In this document: in pieces, positions 1 through 12,899 of the stretch
Numbering within the stretch: position 1 is the stretch's first letter
Layout: each line of letters begins with the position of its first letter
NCBI GenBank assembly: GCA_036785375.1
Contig: JAWMAR010000882.1
Coordinates: forward strand, 186,001 to 250,000
DNA from: Leucoraja ocellata
Lineage: Eukaryota
Direction: 5' to 3'
Length of the DNA: 64,000 nt
Made by a program: the position numbers and the translations under genes
Notes under the pieces: generated by a model
Told to the model about the DNA's origin: nothing
The model's database searches: none
The model's input: only the letters and a program-made list of their open reading frames with translations

Positions 1-772
1 TAAAGGGTTGTATGCACCCCGCTTCGTCCTTAGTCCTTGCTTTGCTTTGCCCAATGATTTCACTGTAACGACGATGAAACTCTGAGGATGTGTAATATGA
101 TATTCAACATTATCTCTCAGGCCTGAATCGTTCCATTATTTTTGGACTTGCTGGTGGGATGGATTTAATGCAGGAAAATTATAAATCATTACAACAGTTT
201 CCAAAGTTGAGGTAATGAGCAGTATTGTCGGGTTTTAGTCCCCAGTGCATGGATGACGGTGGACACCAACAATAGGGTTGAGAATTTAGTTAGTGATTGT
301 TGTCCTTTGCCCCTCCCTAAGTGCACAATCTCGTGAGATTCTTGACCAGTTGAGGTTTGGCTACTATGAAGCTGTAATCATTCTGAGTTTAGTTTATTGT
401 CAATAAAAATTGAATAAATAATGATAAAAGTTAACATTACATGGTACAGGAAGATGGAACCATTTAGTCCTCAAGTTTATTCGTTTAGATCATGGCAAGT
501 CCCCACCTTAACTCAATTTTTCAGTTCTATGTTATCCTTGGTACCCTTCCCAAAAGCTTCCACCATGCAAATTGAATTCAACTGCAGCATTGAGTGACAT
601 CTTGTATGGGCCTAGTGTAATAGATCGTTGTGTTGGCTATTAGTTTTCTGTGAAACCTTGTTTCTCTGCAACTGTTTGTGTCGAGGTTGACAAGGGTTTT
701 GTCAACTTTTGGACTTTTGATTGTGTTATCTAAATGAGCTGGAATTAATGCAATATTCTATTTTTGTGACAG

Positions 773-832
773 ACTATTCTGGGAGAGACACATGAGGAAG
801 AGGATGAAATTTTACCACGCAAAGATTATGAG
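773..832 (+). CDS. CLCN6: CLCN6 coding exon 2 (TILGETHEEEDEILPRKDYE)
   Basis: AG at 771-772, GT at 833; translation matches the ClC-6 N-terminus (human TILGETQEEEDEILPRKDYE). Exon 1 is not in the window. Confidence 0.93.
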
Positions 833-1016
833 GTATACATTAGCCTGGTGTAAAGGTGCATTCAATTTTCACTTCTTCCTGTCCACTGCACACCTGCTGC
901 ATATAATACTCCAGGGTAGGAGTGAAACAGACAATGGTGCAATGTTCTGCCCTCCATCCCACATTTTCTCATTACTTTCTATTTTCCTCAACCATACTCC
1001 ATGCTGGGATAGACTC

Positions 1017-1185
1017 TAAAAGCTGGAGTAACTCAGCAGGTTAGACAGCATCTCTGGAGAAAAGGAATAAGTGACGTTTTGGTTCGAGATCCTTCTTCAG
1101 AGTCTGAATAGTCTGACCCGCTGAGTTACTCCAGCTTTTTGTGTCTCTCTTTGGTTTAAACCAGCATCTGCAATTCCTTCCTACA
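1017..1185. mobile_element. Palindromic Penelope-terminus-derived element
   Basis: aaaagctggagtaactcagc...gctgagttactccagctttt inverted arms; same family as the 13400-13506 tail. Confidence 0.75.
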
Positions 1186-3065
1186 CTCCACAAGCTGGGA
1201 GTTGAGCAGGGAAACTGCTTCTATATTTCTGTGGTGCCACAGATGTCTTTAGGTAAGATTTATGAACTGTAGTAGGCCATCTGTTTGTTTAAATAATTTA
1301 ATTACTCCACCTTTGTTCAAATTATTTTTTCCCTACATTCGGAGGAATCGTTTTCACCTGAATAGATGTTGCTCCTTGTATATAGATGTTGTAACCTGCA
1401 TGCAATGAAACTCTCTTTAAAGAGACTTCTTTATAATGATTAAAGTGCCGGCGTGTAATGCATACACCAGCAGGTCTGTTTTTGCTGAAAATTCCCCTGA
1501 ACATTACCTTCACGTGGTCAACAGAATGGCAGTGATTCAAAAGCAGCAATAGGGAGACGGAATAGATTGGTGCACCCTTATTGTGTGGCAGTGTAGACGT
1601 CTGCTACAGGATAATATTATAACTCAACCTGATACAATCACAGCTTCAATCCAATCCAGACCTGTGGTCTTTTATTGCTCTCAGGCTGGTACGTGATTCA
1701 TAGCCAAATCCCATTTTGATGGGGTTGCATTGGAGGGAATACTAGGTTTTTGATCTTCCCAGTATGTACATATTGTATGTATATATTGGTGTTATCCATC
1801 CAGAAGCTGGAGAGATGGTTACTATTATAATGAAACCTCCTTAGTCTCAAAACATTTTTGAGACCTGATCCTATCAGACTTGCAGAAACAAGGAATTTTA
1901 GGCAGTAGGCCCGGCCTGTGAGTGGCCGGGATCCGGTGATAGGCCTCGCCTGTCAGACTTATCACCTAACCAGACCCTACAGCACTATATACCCTTAAAA
2001 TAGCTTTCTGGTAATTCTCTAATTTAATACCAAAGAGTGAGATGCAGACTGGAATTTAACTATGGGAATTGATTAGTTATTGCACAGAATAACGTATTGG
2101 TGTGAATTACACGCAGAAATCCAATTGAGTTTGTGTGGTTTATGTACAGAATATGTACAAGCAATGGGATCAGTTAGCAATTATTCAGGCTATCAACAGA
2201 TAATAAAGGATAATAAATTATAACTTTTAAGTGAGTTAGTTTCTAGGCATATCACTGTTACATGACAATACTTTGATGCTAATTTTCTACATTCCATGTA
2301 CATCACAGTTTGTCTTTTAATTAATTATTCTTTTGTTGTATGCTTCACTGTGCGTTTCATGATTGCAGTTAATGGCGCACAGTTTAATGATAACGCAATG
2401 CATTGGATTTGTAATTTTATTGTACTTATGCCCAGTTTGTTCCCTATTAGCTGAAATATGATTGTTCTGCCTATTATTAAAAATAAAAAGACTAAATACA
2501 TATGAGGAATAGTGGGGAACCAGGGTCCAGGGAAACTGAGGAACTTAAAAGAATCAAAATTAGTTCATAAAAAAAGTTGCACTGATGTTAAATGCTGATA
2601 ATTCTCTTTCTGGAACAATGCCATCAGATTAAAGGATGTGGATGCAACTCCACCTATTTGAAGAAGGAAGAGAAGATGGGGAACTGCAGATTTATTAATC
2701 TGATATAAATTGTCAGGAAAATCAAATTTTAAAATAGAAGTAAATGTATTTAAAAAAAATATATAACTATTAGACGGCCATCATAAATTTATGGACTGAA
2801 ATTGATACATGTAAAGGATGTAAGTGGAAGGGTAAATACAGGGAAAATACTGGCATTACCACAATTAGATATTCCAACAGTTTTCAATAATGTGCCACAG
2901 GAAAGGTCGTAGGAAAATATATTAATATGGATGGAAATTGTTTAAAGTTCAGAATAAGAGGAAGAATAAAATGGTGGGTAATCTCATTGAAAAACAAGTC
3001 AAGTACTTGTCAGAATGGAAACTGAGAACCAGTTTCCTTTTGCAAAAGAGTATAATGGAGCATGA

Positions 3066-3269
3066 AGGTAGATAAAATGCTGGAGAAACTTACCGGGTGA
3101 GGCAGCATCTATGGAGCGAAGGAAATAGGCGACATTTCGGGTCGAGACCCTTCTTCATACCCGAAACGTTGCCTATTTCCTTCGCTCTGTAGATGCTGCC
3201 TCTCCCGCTGAGTTTCCTCAGCATTTTTGTCAACTTCGATTTTCCAGCATCTGCAGTTCCTTCTTAAAC
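3066..3269. mobile_element. Palindromic Penelope-terminus-derived element
   Basis: About 70-bp inverted arms around gggtcgagacccttcttca. Confidence 0.8.
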
Positions 3270-3528
3270 ATAATGGACATAAACTTAAACAAGATATCGG
3301 CAAAAGCAACTGGCAGTTTAGGAGATAAATTTTATTTGCAATTTCAAAGAGGTGAGGGTACGCAGTTGTTGAATATATTCTGGGGTCACATAATTAGAAT
3401 TTTGGGCCCTTAATAGAATAAAACTTTGGGGGAATCAAGCTGGAAAATAGAGTTGGCTTTGTGGATCAACCAAGATTGTGTTAATTTGCGGTGCCACTAT
3501 TTCTTATAATTTTATGTTCTTTTGGCAG

Positions 3529-3594
3529 AGTTTGGATTATGATAAGTGCATCAATGAGCCATATTTGGAGGTGCTGGAAACACTGGATAACAAG
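3529..3594 (+). CDS. CLCN6: CLCN6 exon 3 (SLDYDKCINEPYLEVLETLDNK)
   Basis: cag|..|gt boundaries, 66 nt, in frame; ESLDYD motif across the exon 2/3 junction. Confidence 0.95.
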
Positions 3595-5787
3595 GTGTGT
3601 AAAGCAACAGCTATTATACCTTTTTTCTTGTCACCATTACTTTCTCAGAAGCAGGTAAAGATCTTGGAAAAAATAAATTCAAAAGGCTAACATTCTAAAT
3701 AGAAGAGGTTTCTATTCTAATTGGGGACATGGGAGTTAATAAAGGGAAAACAGTGACAAAATATAGGTTGAAGGGTTACTAGATTTTCAATAGACAATGT
3801 ATTTTTGCTCGTTCATGGTATAACAGCACATTCACTATTTCTAAATCTGGTGAACATAGGTTCATTTGCCTGGCTTTACATTTTTTCTTGGCCTTTGAAA
3901 ATCTTGAGTGTCCTGTATGGCGTACAAAAAAACGATCTTGCTGTCTCCCCCAGGATGTGGATAGTAATGGCAATGAATGTCAAAAGTGGGTGTTGAGCCA
4001 CTCCTGTGGAGATGGTCTTTGACAACTGAGCACTCGTGATTTTCTGAATTGGATTGAAACATCCCAGCCCGACCCTCAGAAACATGAGTACAGAAACTAA
4101 GCTGATACTCTAATATTAAGAGAATGTTGGAGGTAGAATTACTTGAATGAGATGTTAAGTCCATGCCCATTGCACCAGATATGAACAGCTGATCCTATCT
4201 CAACATCTTAAAAAACATAAGGAAGGTTGTCTGGTCTAGTTTGATATTCACTCCTCAGCAAATACCTCTAAGAATGATTATAATGCAAAATCTTACTGGG
4301 AGAATATTATCTGTATTTTTTCCTTGCACCACACTGAAACACCAAAGGGAAACCTGAGGTTGTGAGTGTTGCTTTGTAAATTGGTGTGTTTTTATCTGAT
4401 CTATAATTGTAAAGATTACATTATTATAAAATCACTCCTCCAGAAGATTGACTTGCACTTTTTTCTGAGTAACAGCAACTTATGTAATTGAATATAAATT
4501 TATAATCAATGTTAGGAAACACTTTAAATGATATATTACACAATAATACTTAACTTTATCCACAGAATCTATTGGGTTTATGATTCCTTTCAAAATTGTT
4601 TTTAATTGGAAGGCTTTTCCTCACACACTAACCTTGTTATACTGATTGTATTGGGAAGGGTGATTATAGGGTGATGGGTTGTATATATGACTAAGAGATA
4701 CTGTATAGTGTATGAGGGTTTTTTCTTTTATTTTTTCTTTTTTTCTCTTTTTTGTATGGTTTTGTAAATATTTGATTAGTGTATAAATGTAAATAATTTG
4801 GTGTACATATAGCTGCTGGTGTACATATGGTGTACATATAGCTGCTAAATTTGTATAAGATAATTATAAGCAGTTGAATAAGGGGTGGGAATTAATAAGC
4901 TTTGGCTTCTTCCTCCTTTTCGGACACATACGATTTTATTTATAGATATTGTTTATGACACTATATAAATATTCTTGTTTTGTTTTTTGTATGCTGTTTC
5001 ACACTTGCTTTTTATTCTTTTATTCTGTTCGAAATAAAGAATTAAATAAATAAATAGATAAATGTGGATTGATTTATCCTAATCTTGAGTTGAATTTGGA
5101 GTGTGCAGCTTGACATGATTGCAAGATACGTAATTTCCTAAGGTACACCCAGTCAACTGTGCTAATAATATTTATAACCTAGAAACAAGATCCCCCTCAT
5201 CGATTGATGGATCAAGGTTAATTATGTCACTGCTGATCTATAACACAATGCGTTTGCTTGTTTGTTTTCTTAATTCTTTTATGCCTTATTTTAAGAAATA
5301 CTATCAATTAATTCCACCTCCTGTCACTCTACAAAGAAGGCCAGTCGCTTATTGGGGGAAGGGAATTACATATTTCTACTATTTTTACTGTGAAAAATCC
5401 TTTATAACATAACTGATTTAATATTATTGAATTAAATATTACCAAATTGAAAATAAACAATTAAAATAAAATTGAAATACCTGTACTCAAGATGGCAATC
5501 AGCACCTGTGGTGAGCAAACAGGATATGAAACCTGCAATGTACACACACCAGAACTCTTTCACTTTCACATTTGCTGACTCTTGAGGTTTTTTTTAGCAT
5601 TTTGTCGTTTTGTTCCAAACTATAATTAGACAAATACTTCAAATTTGTCACAGCTCAACCATTCTACACTACATCTCCATTGTTAATTCCAGTTTGTTTG
5701 CTTTAATCAGAGTGAGTGTGTATGTGTGTTTGTATTTCTTTGGTTTATCTGATCTGTGTGTATGTTATCTTTGTTTCATTTGAACAG

Positions 5788-5853
5788 AGAGTCAGGAGAT
5801 ATGAGGCGGTGAAATGGATATTGGTATTTTGTATTGGAGTCTGCACTGGTTTG
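5788..5853 (+). CDS. CLCN6: CLCN6 exon 4 (RVRRYEAVKWILVFCIGVCTGL)
   Basis: cag|..|gtaagt, 66 nt, in frame. Confidence 0.95.
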
Positions 5854-7160
5854 GTAAGTGAATTATTGATCATAGTATATGTTGGTTTGTGTTTAATATA
5901 AAATAGGCAAAACTGACAACTTCAGGGTCTGCTCCTGAGATTTCTGTATTACTGATGAATAGGGTAGCTCACGTTATCATTCATGGACAGCTGATTGACC
6001 CCTGGTATCAAGGAGCAACTGGAACAGCTGTGATATTGTGCATTCAGAGTGCAAGTGCTAAACTACTAACCCTTGGTAATTATCACAATGAGCCTTATCT
6101 TTCTACTGTTATGCAATTGTAAATCTTTATCCCACTTTGACCTGCCTTAATTTAGCTGTCAATTATTATACCGTCCCAGAAAGTGCAGAATGTCATTCTA
6201 GGTTTTGTTTATTGATTCTACAGATTATTGGTTCCTTGTTCAGAATTGTTTATTTTTGTCCGTGTTTTTAAATGTTGCTCCTGTATTTGCAGTCTTCTCT
6301 AGCACAAAAGCGTCTACTTCAACTTGGTATCTGTTTTCCTCCTGTGATAATGGCAATGGGGGGAAAGATTATTGTACTTCCAAGCGAGAGGTCCCTCTAT
6401 GACTAATCCCTTCAGCTCCTCCATGATCACTAATTTTACTTTTCGATAAACATAACATATCTACAGGATAAATGGTGGGGCCGGATCAAAATCATGGCTG
6501 GTCTTCTACCTCAGGACAATTATTACTGGACTATTCCCAGATACCTAGGTTTCATCCAATATCCAGAAATCTTTTGATCTCAGTTTTGAATTAACCTGTA
6601 TCTCCTCAGTCTTGGGTGTAGCAAACTTCGTATGTTCACCATCCTCTGAGTGAAGAAATCTCTCCTTACCTTCATCCTAAACAGTCTATTCCTTAATTTC
6701 ATATTTTGACCTTTGCTTCTGGACTCCAGAAGCAGAGAAAAGTTTCTTATTACATCCAATCATTCTAAACCTGTAAAAATGTTGTCAGCAAGACCTAAAC
6801 TTGCTCTGTTCCAGAAGTGTGGGAATAAATAGATGCTCCAGGTTGGCAAGCCAATACTCGTGAACTACGAGGGGAATTGGCACTTTGGCCCCAGCTATTC
6901 ACAATGTACATCATCAACCTTTGGTGAGCGACCCCTTGTGCAGTACCATTTGGACTAGATTACGTGTTCACATGCTATAATGATGCTTGAAACCAAGATC
7001 ATGACAGGAGTGCTACCAACTAATCGATACTGATTTAATAGAAAAGTTAACCGGGAAAGCCACAAAAATGTATTTGACAGTTAATAAACTGTCAGTCATC
7101 ACTTCGTGGTCATGTTTCATTAACTTATTTTGAATGACTGTTTCTATCCCATTGTTTTAG

Positions 7161-7227
7161 GTTGGGCTCTTTATCGATTACTTTGTTCATCTCTTCCAAA
7201 ATCTCAAGTTTCAAATTATTGGGCGAT
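7161..7227 (+). CDS. CLCN6: CLCN6 exon 5 (VGLFIDYFVHLFQNLKFQIIGR)
   Basis: tag acceptor; 67 nt; ends at donor GTATCCTTT. Confidence 0.92.
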
Positions 7228-7568
7228 GTATCCTTTAACTTGTGGTAATGTCATGACTGGAGGATAAACACTGCACATCATACTGAACCTGCAAACGACA
7301 TCCGCATCCTAAGAATGAATGAATTAAAAAAATGTGACTGATGATGATTTTTAAACCTTCCACATGCCAGACAAGCTATAAATTGCCCTCTGGAAGTTAG
7401 CCTTGCTACATTCTTTAAAAGCTTTTCAAATATCCCAGGTTCTGTTGTCTGATTTTATCGCCTTGTGACAACAGCTTCCTTGCTCTGCTTTTGTAGAAAG
7501 AAACTGTGATCTTGAAGGTGGTTTGATTTCTGATTGCTATACATTTTCCTTGACTTCTTGCTCTTCAG
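7228..7568 (+). other. CLCN6: U12-type (minor spliceosome) GT-AG intron of CLCN6
   Basis: 5' splice site GTATCCTTT at 7228-7236; U12 branch point TTCCTTGAC at 7546-7554, 14 nt before the intron end at 7568 (CAG). Confidence 0.9.
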
Positions 7569-7675
7569 CGGTGGAAGATTGCAGCGAGGGAGGTTGTCTT
7601 GTGCTCTCCCTCCTTGAAATTCTGGCATTCAATATTGGTTTCATCTTCTTGGCCAGCCTGCTGGTGCTGATTGAG
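7569..7675 (+). CDS. CLCN6: CLCN6 exon 6 (SVEDCSEGGCLVLSLLEILAFNIGFIFLASLLVLIE)
   Basis: 107 nt, phase fits exon 5; transmembrane helix similar to ClC-6. Confidence 0.95.
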
Positions 7676-7959
7676 GTAAAAACTTGCAAACATGTTCCCC
7701 AACACACGTGACTTGCTAAAAGCTTTGCATCAAATAGGAAACTTAAACTATATGAGGTAGCAATGGCATGATGCTTCATGTCAAGTGAATACTCGTATAT
7801 TGTTTATTTTATGTTGCTGAATGCTCACGGGGGTTACATATCTCTGTTTTCCTTCAGAAAAGATGGTTTTGTACAGTTTACAAAAGGATATTCTTTGACT
7901 GACTTTATTATCTGCCCTGGGAAGGATGTAATTTTGAAAGACCTCTGTTTGCTTCACAG

Positions 7960-8086
7960 CCCATTGCAGCTGGATCTGGAATTCCTGAAATCAAATGCTA
8001 CCTAAATGGGGTGAAGATTCCTGGGATTGTCAGGCTGCGGACCCTGGTCTGCAAAGCACTGGGTGTGCTCTTTTGTGTGTCCGGAG
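7960..8086 (+). CDS. CLCN6: CLCN6 exon 7 ([42 protein letters not shown])
   Basis: GSGIPE CLC selectivity-filter motif; cag|..|gtaa. Confidence 0.97.
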
Positions 8087-8953
8087 GTAAAGAACATTTG
8101 TTTCTTCATCAGATACAAGCAGAGCTGAAATATGCCAAGTCTCATTATGATTACCAGCAACTAAAGAAAATGAAACGCTGCAGATTATACGCAGAGGGTT
8201 AATCAGGATGAAGACACATAAATGACGATATTTTGGATGGAATTTTCAATAAAATATTCTGTTCTTGTGTTTGTAAAACCCAGATACAGCTTTATGTACA
8301 AACAGCACTGTGTCAATCAGCTGTCTTGTAATCTGCTTAATTTGGCACTAATGGAGTTCAGACCTCTGCCAAAGTAAATTATTAAATAGTTCAGGTGGTA
8401 AAATTGCATTTGTTTAGGAATTAACCCATGACTCAGTAACTCGTGTTAAATAAACTCCTGTGCTTTTGGATCAGTTTCAACTTATCTGTCTCCACAATGC
8501 ATTTATTATATACTCGCTGAGGTGTTGATTTAATTTTAATGGAGCTCTCTGCAAATAACAGAAGGGTTGCATGTGATTTGGCAAAGAGTGATGACTGTTT
8601 GGGGTTTACTTTGTGTCTGGTGGGTCATTTACTCCACCTGGGTGTTGCTCATTTCATGTGCAAGATGAAGAGCAAATAATTTTAATACTGAGGAGCATTT
8701 TAATTTACAACATCATTTATATTAAAAATATCTTGACAATAAATAGGATGCTTCGTTGGTCTGACGGCACACTTATTTTTACTAGACCTGGAAAACCTGG
8801 GAGATGGGGGATTAATTAATGCATGAAATATTTCTTCCCATTTTCTGATATGAGAGGACACTTTGTCCTTTTGTTTCTTTTGGTGAGAATGCTTCCACAT
8901 TAGTGGGTATTAGTTGCTGCCTGTATAACCTTCCAGATTTCTTTACTTTCCAG

Positions 8954-9021
8954 GATTATTTGTGGGGAAGGAGGGTCCAATGATTCACAGTGGAGCTGTG
9001 GTGGGAGCAGGGCTACCTCAG
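8954..9021 (+). CDS. CLCN6: CLCN6 exon 8 (GLFVGKEGPMIHSGAVVGAGLPQ)
   Basis: GKEGP gating-glutamate motif; cag|..|gtaagt. Confidence 0.97.
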
Positions 9022-9139
9022 GTAAGTAAGCAAAGATACTTCTGACATTTAATCTGATTTACGTATAATATATTTGGTACATTATAATGTTTCATCCCCC
9101 AGATGATCATCTTAAATGTCCCTCTTCTTAAATCTTCTT

Positions 9140-9283
9140 CCCACCCCCCCCCCCCCCCCCCCCCCACATCAGTCTGAAGAAGTCACCCATTCCTTCGCTC
9201 CATAGATACTGCCTCACCCGCTGAGTTTCTCCAGCTTTTTGTCTACCTTCGATTTATCCAGCATCTGCAGTTCTTTCTTAAAC
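9140..9283 (+). mobile_element. Penelope 3'-terminal fragment with poly-C run
   Basis: catcagtctgaaga...gctgagtttctccagc...cagttctttcttaaaca. Confidence 0.7.
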
Positions 9284-9979
9284 ATCTTAAAGGTCCATGT
9301 TTTTTTTAAATTGGATTCTTCTACTAACATTTCTATTGGTGACTTACAGAATCGTCTTGCATGTTATGACACACCGCACCCCACCGCCAGTCATTTTTGG
9401 TGTTGCAATAAAATCATTGTATATATGATCAGAAGTTACCCTCCTTGTGATTTATCTGGGTAACTGTTTCAGTGTGTTTACTGATTTCTACTTGGAAAAA
9501 GAGTAAAGTAATGAGTGGGTGGGATCTGATTTGTCTTTGTCTTCAGTTGAGCTCATGCTGGATACATGTCATTATCTAGAACACTAATCAGCATGTGGTT
9601 CAGCCACTGCCAAAAGGAATTTAACTCTGCAGGACTCTGAGATGCAAGAAGCATGTTGTCTATTGCAGAATAACATGGGAATACAGCAGTGATAATCTGC
9701 GAGTTTTGAGTATTAACACTTTTTTTCTGGACTTTGGTATCTGTCCAGTGTCTTGGTGTGTGACAGCAGTTCTGTAAATGTACTTTAGTGTTTGTGATGG
9801 TGTTTAATTTATGATATTCTTTGACTGAAGAAAAAGGAAAATTATCAGATTCTGTTTTTTGTACAAAAATGAAGTTTGGCTCCGTAGATCAGGGGTGGTT
9901 TTGTAAACCAGGGGGCGTATATGAACAAATCTCACTCGGGCCTATTGAGATTTTAGGTAGATAGTGGTCAATAGGGTTT

Positions 9980-10570
9980 AGTGCATTGACCATTGAGTAT
10001 AGAGGTTAAGTTGTTATGTTACAGTTGTATAAGACGTTGGTGAGGCTGTATTTGGGGGGCTGTGTCCAGTTACAGTCACCATGCTATAGGAAGGACGTTG
10101 TTAAGCTGGAAAGACTACAGAGAAGGTTTATGAGGATGTTGCCAGGACTTGGAAGTCCTGAGTTAAAGGGAGAAGCTGGGCAGGCTAGGACTTTATTCCT
10201 TGGAGCACAGGGAACTGAGGGATGACCTTATAGTGGTGTATAAAATCATGAGGGTAATAGGTAGGGTGAATATACAGTCTTATACCCAGATTAGGGGAAA
10301 CAAGAACGAGAAGACGTAGGTTTAAGATAAGAGGGGAAAGATTTAATGGAAATCTGAGGGGCAACTTTTTCCACACAGTGGGTGGTTGGGCCAGAGGAGG
10401 TAGTTGAATGATATACTATTAAGAACATTTAGAAGACATTTGAACAGGTACATAGATAGAAAAGGTTTAGTGAATTTTTTTGCCAAATGTGAGCAGGTGG
10501 ACTAGGGGGATCTTGGTGGACAATGGCAAATTGGATTGAAGGGCCTGTTTCTGTGTTATAATGACTCTGT
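9980..10570 (+). mobile_element. CR1 LINE 3' fragment
   Basis: MLQLYKTLVR...YRKDVVKLERLQRRFMRMLPGL, CR1 RT C-terminus. Confidence 0.85.
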
Positions 10571-10787
10571 TAATTGCTCTGGCCAGGAGGTATTGATTGA
10601 GTATGGTGAAATGTGGACTGAGAGGAAATATTGAACTGTGTGGGCTGTGGAGGTGTGGCAGAGAATTAGGATTGGGGGTGCAGTGTGTTGTGGTGCAGAG
10701 TGAGGTGGATGGAGTGATTTTCAGGCTCTTGCTGTGTTTTGCTTTGTATCTGATGCTTGCTTCGCTTTTTTGCCTCTTCTGGTACAG

Positions 10788-10846
10788 TTTCAGAGCATCA
10801 CTTTCCGCAAGATCCAGTTCAACTTCCCTTATTTCCGCAGTGACAG
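10788..10846 (+). CDS. CLCN6: CLCN6 exon 9 (FQSITFRKIQFNFPYFRSDR)
   Basis: 59 nt, cag|..|gtag, matches ClC-6. Confidence 0.95.
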
Positions 10847-12094
10847 GTAGGAATCCTCGTCTCCAAAATAGGAAATGTTATTGAAATACAATATATTTCT
10901 ATTAGTTTAAGCTTGCAGAGCCACAAATCTCTCCACTGTTTTCAACCATTCTTATTTAGAACTCAGTCATTTGATTGCTGTCTGTTAAGTTGTTATTAGC
11001 CATACTGAAGAATAAAAATGTAATGTGCGCTTGTTGTCACCGCTGTGAAAATCTGTTTTGTTCCGCGTTTAGAGATAAATTTTGTTAGATCAAGGCTTGA
11101 AGAAATGTATAGAATTGTTAGCTATTTAATTAATTTATTGCATTTGAGGTAATGTGAAATAAAACTTCAATGTTCTTAGTTTGTTGCTGAATACTATAAC
11201 CTTGAAGGGTTATGGCTAGACCATGATTTGTGGTATTTTACTCTGGGGGGGGGAAAAAGTGCTACATTTGGAATTGCATATAATGGAACCAAATTTAACT
11301 TAATTGCTGTAAATTAATGGCCCTTTTAATCTTGTCAGTAAATCATTTTGCATTGGTTTCAAAAGTCCTTCTGAAGAATTTCAGGAAAATGTTTATGTTA
11401 AATGCTAGGTAAACTAGCCCAATTATGTGTAGCGCTGAACGATAGAAGTTGTATTTCATTATGATTTAATGTATATAGTTTATTTTAGCAACGGAACATT
11501 GCTGTGGGGTCTCAAGGTGGACACTGATGTATACACAACCATAGAGAGCGATGGGGAGGTGGCACCCTGTTCAATAAGCATATTGATACAGAATATTGTG
11601 TTATGTGGAGCAAATTCACAGCTTCCACTGAAGTGCAGGATGAGGTTAAAATTTCCTCTGAGGCGAGCCATTGCATATCTTTGGCAAACATCACAATGTC
11701 AATAGAAGAGATTGAGGTGCATGTTGCACATTTGCTGTTTGAACTAGGGATTACCATCTACCACCGTAAAATAAAATAACATTTTCTGATTGTGCAACTG
11801 CAATCCACATTAAAGTGATGCCCTTATTACGTTCAATGGACTTTGATTAATGGGGAATTCAGGAATCTTGTATCTCATTATTGCAGATATAGATGGAGTG
11901 TAGATCTGCCTCCAAGTTGCTCCTGATTAAGCTCAATGAATCCATAGTGGAGGCAGTTTGGGGTCAGATTGCCCACTTTCACGAAGCAGTGAATTAAAAC
12001 TCCCTACTAGTTGGATAATGTTGTCTATGGTTGGATTCTCCACTAATGTGGGATCCTGTGAAACTGACACTTACAGGCTATGTTGGCTTTACAG

Positions 12095-12227
12095 GGACAA
12101 GCGAGACTTTGTCTCGGCAGGGACAGCAGCAGGAGTTGCTGCAGCCTTTGGGGCTCCGATTGGAGGGACACTCTTCAGTCTGGAGGAAGGATCCTCTTTC
12201 TGGAACCAGGCACTAACCTGGAAAGTG
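12095..12227 (+). CDS. CLCN6: CLCN6 exon 10 ([44 protein letters not shown])
   Basis: FGAPIGG and FSLEE (proton glutamate) motifs; 133 nt. Confidence 0.97.
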
Positions 12228-12660
12228 GTGAGTAAGACTGGTTACTGTCAGACGCAGGTAGCAAGGGGAAAAGAGTTCAAGTTTTCATAGAATGTTTTTG
12301 TTGGGTCATTCGCAGGCTGGGGTGCAAGATGGGATGTTGGTAATCTTTGTGAGTTGCAGGCGATACAATAGTTTGCATTGCCAGGTTTTTGGAGGCGAAA
12401 GTATGTGACCATGGTGTTTGTAGATACAAAGCACTACAGATACTGGAATCTTGAGCGTGAGTCAAAGTGCTGGAGTAACAGCAGGTCAAGTAGCATTTCT
12501 GGAGACATGGATAGGTGATGTTTTGGGTCAGCATCCTTCTTTGGAATATGATGTTTGTTTTAATGGGGCATGCTCAATGCAGAGCTGTAGTATTTTGGCT
12601 GGAGTTCTGTGATAAGTCATGGTCCTATATTTTGACAATTTGCTCTTCTCCATTTTCTAG

Positions 12661-12774
12661 CTCTTCTGTTCAATGTCTGCCACCTTCACGCTGAATCTGT
12701 TCCGCTCAGGTATCCGCTACGGGAGCTGGGGCTCCTTCCAATTGCCAGGGCTGCTTAACTTTGGTGAATTCAAG
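12661..12774 (+). CDS. CLCN6: CLCN6 exon 11 (LFCSMSATFTLNLFRSGIRYGSWGSFQLPGLLNFGEFK)
   Basis: tag|..|gt, 114 nt. Confidence 0.96.
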
Positions 12775-12899
12775 GTATTTTGTTAATTTCATTATTTTTT
12801 GTAACAGCCTTAACTTGGTATCTGAAAAAATGTGTCCAATTTGTCAATAATTTAACGATATTTGAAATTTTACTTATTGAAGTAGAATAGCCTCAATAA

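Noticed and set aside
1-772. CLCN6 exon 1 or the MTHFR head-to-head promoter
   Set aside because: No Cys-rich first exon or CpG island seen; presumably upstream of the window.
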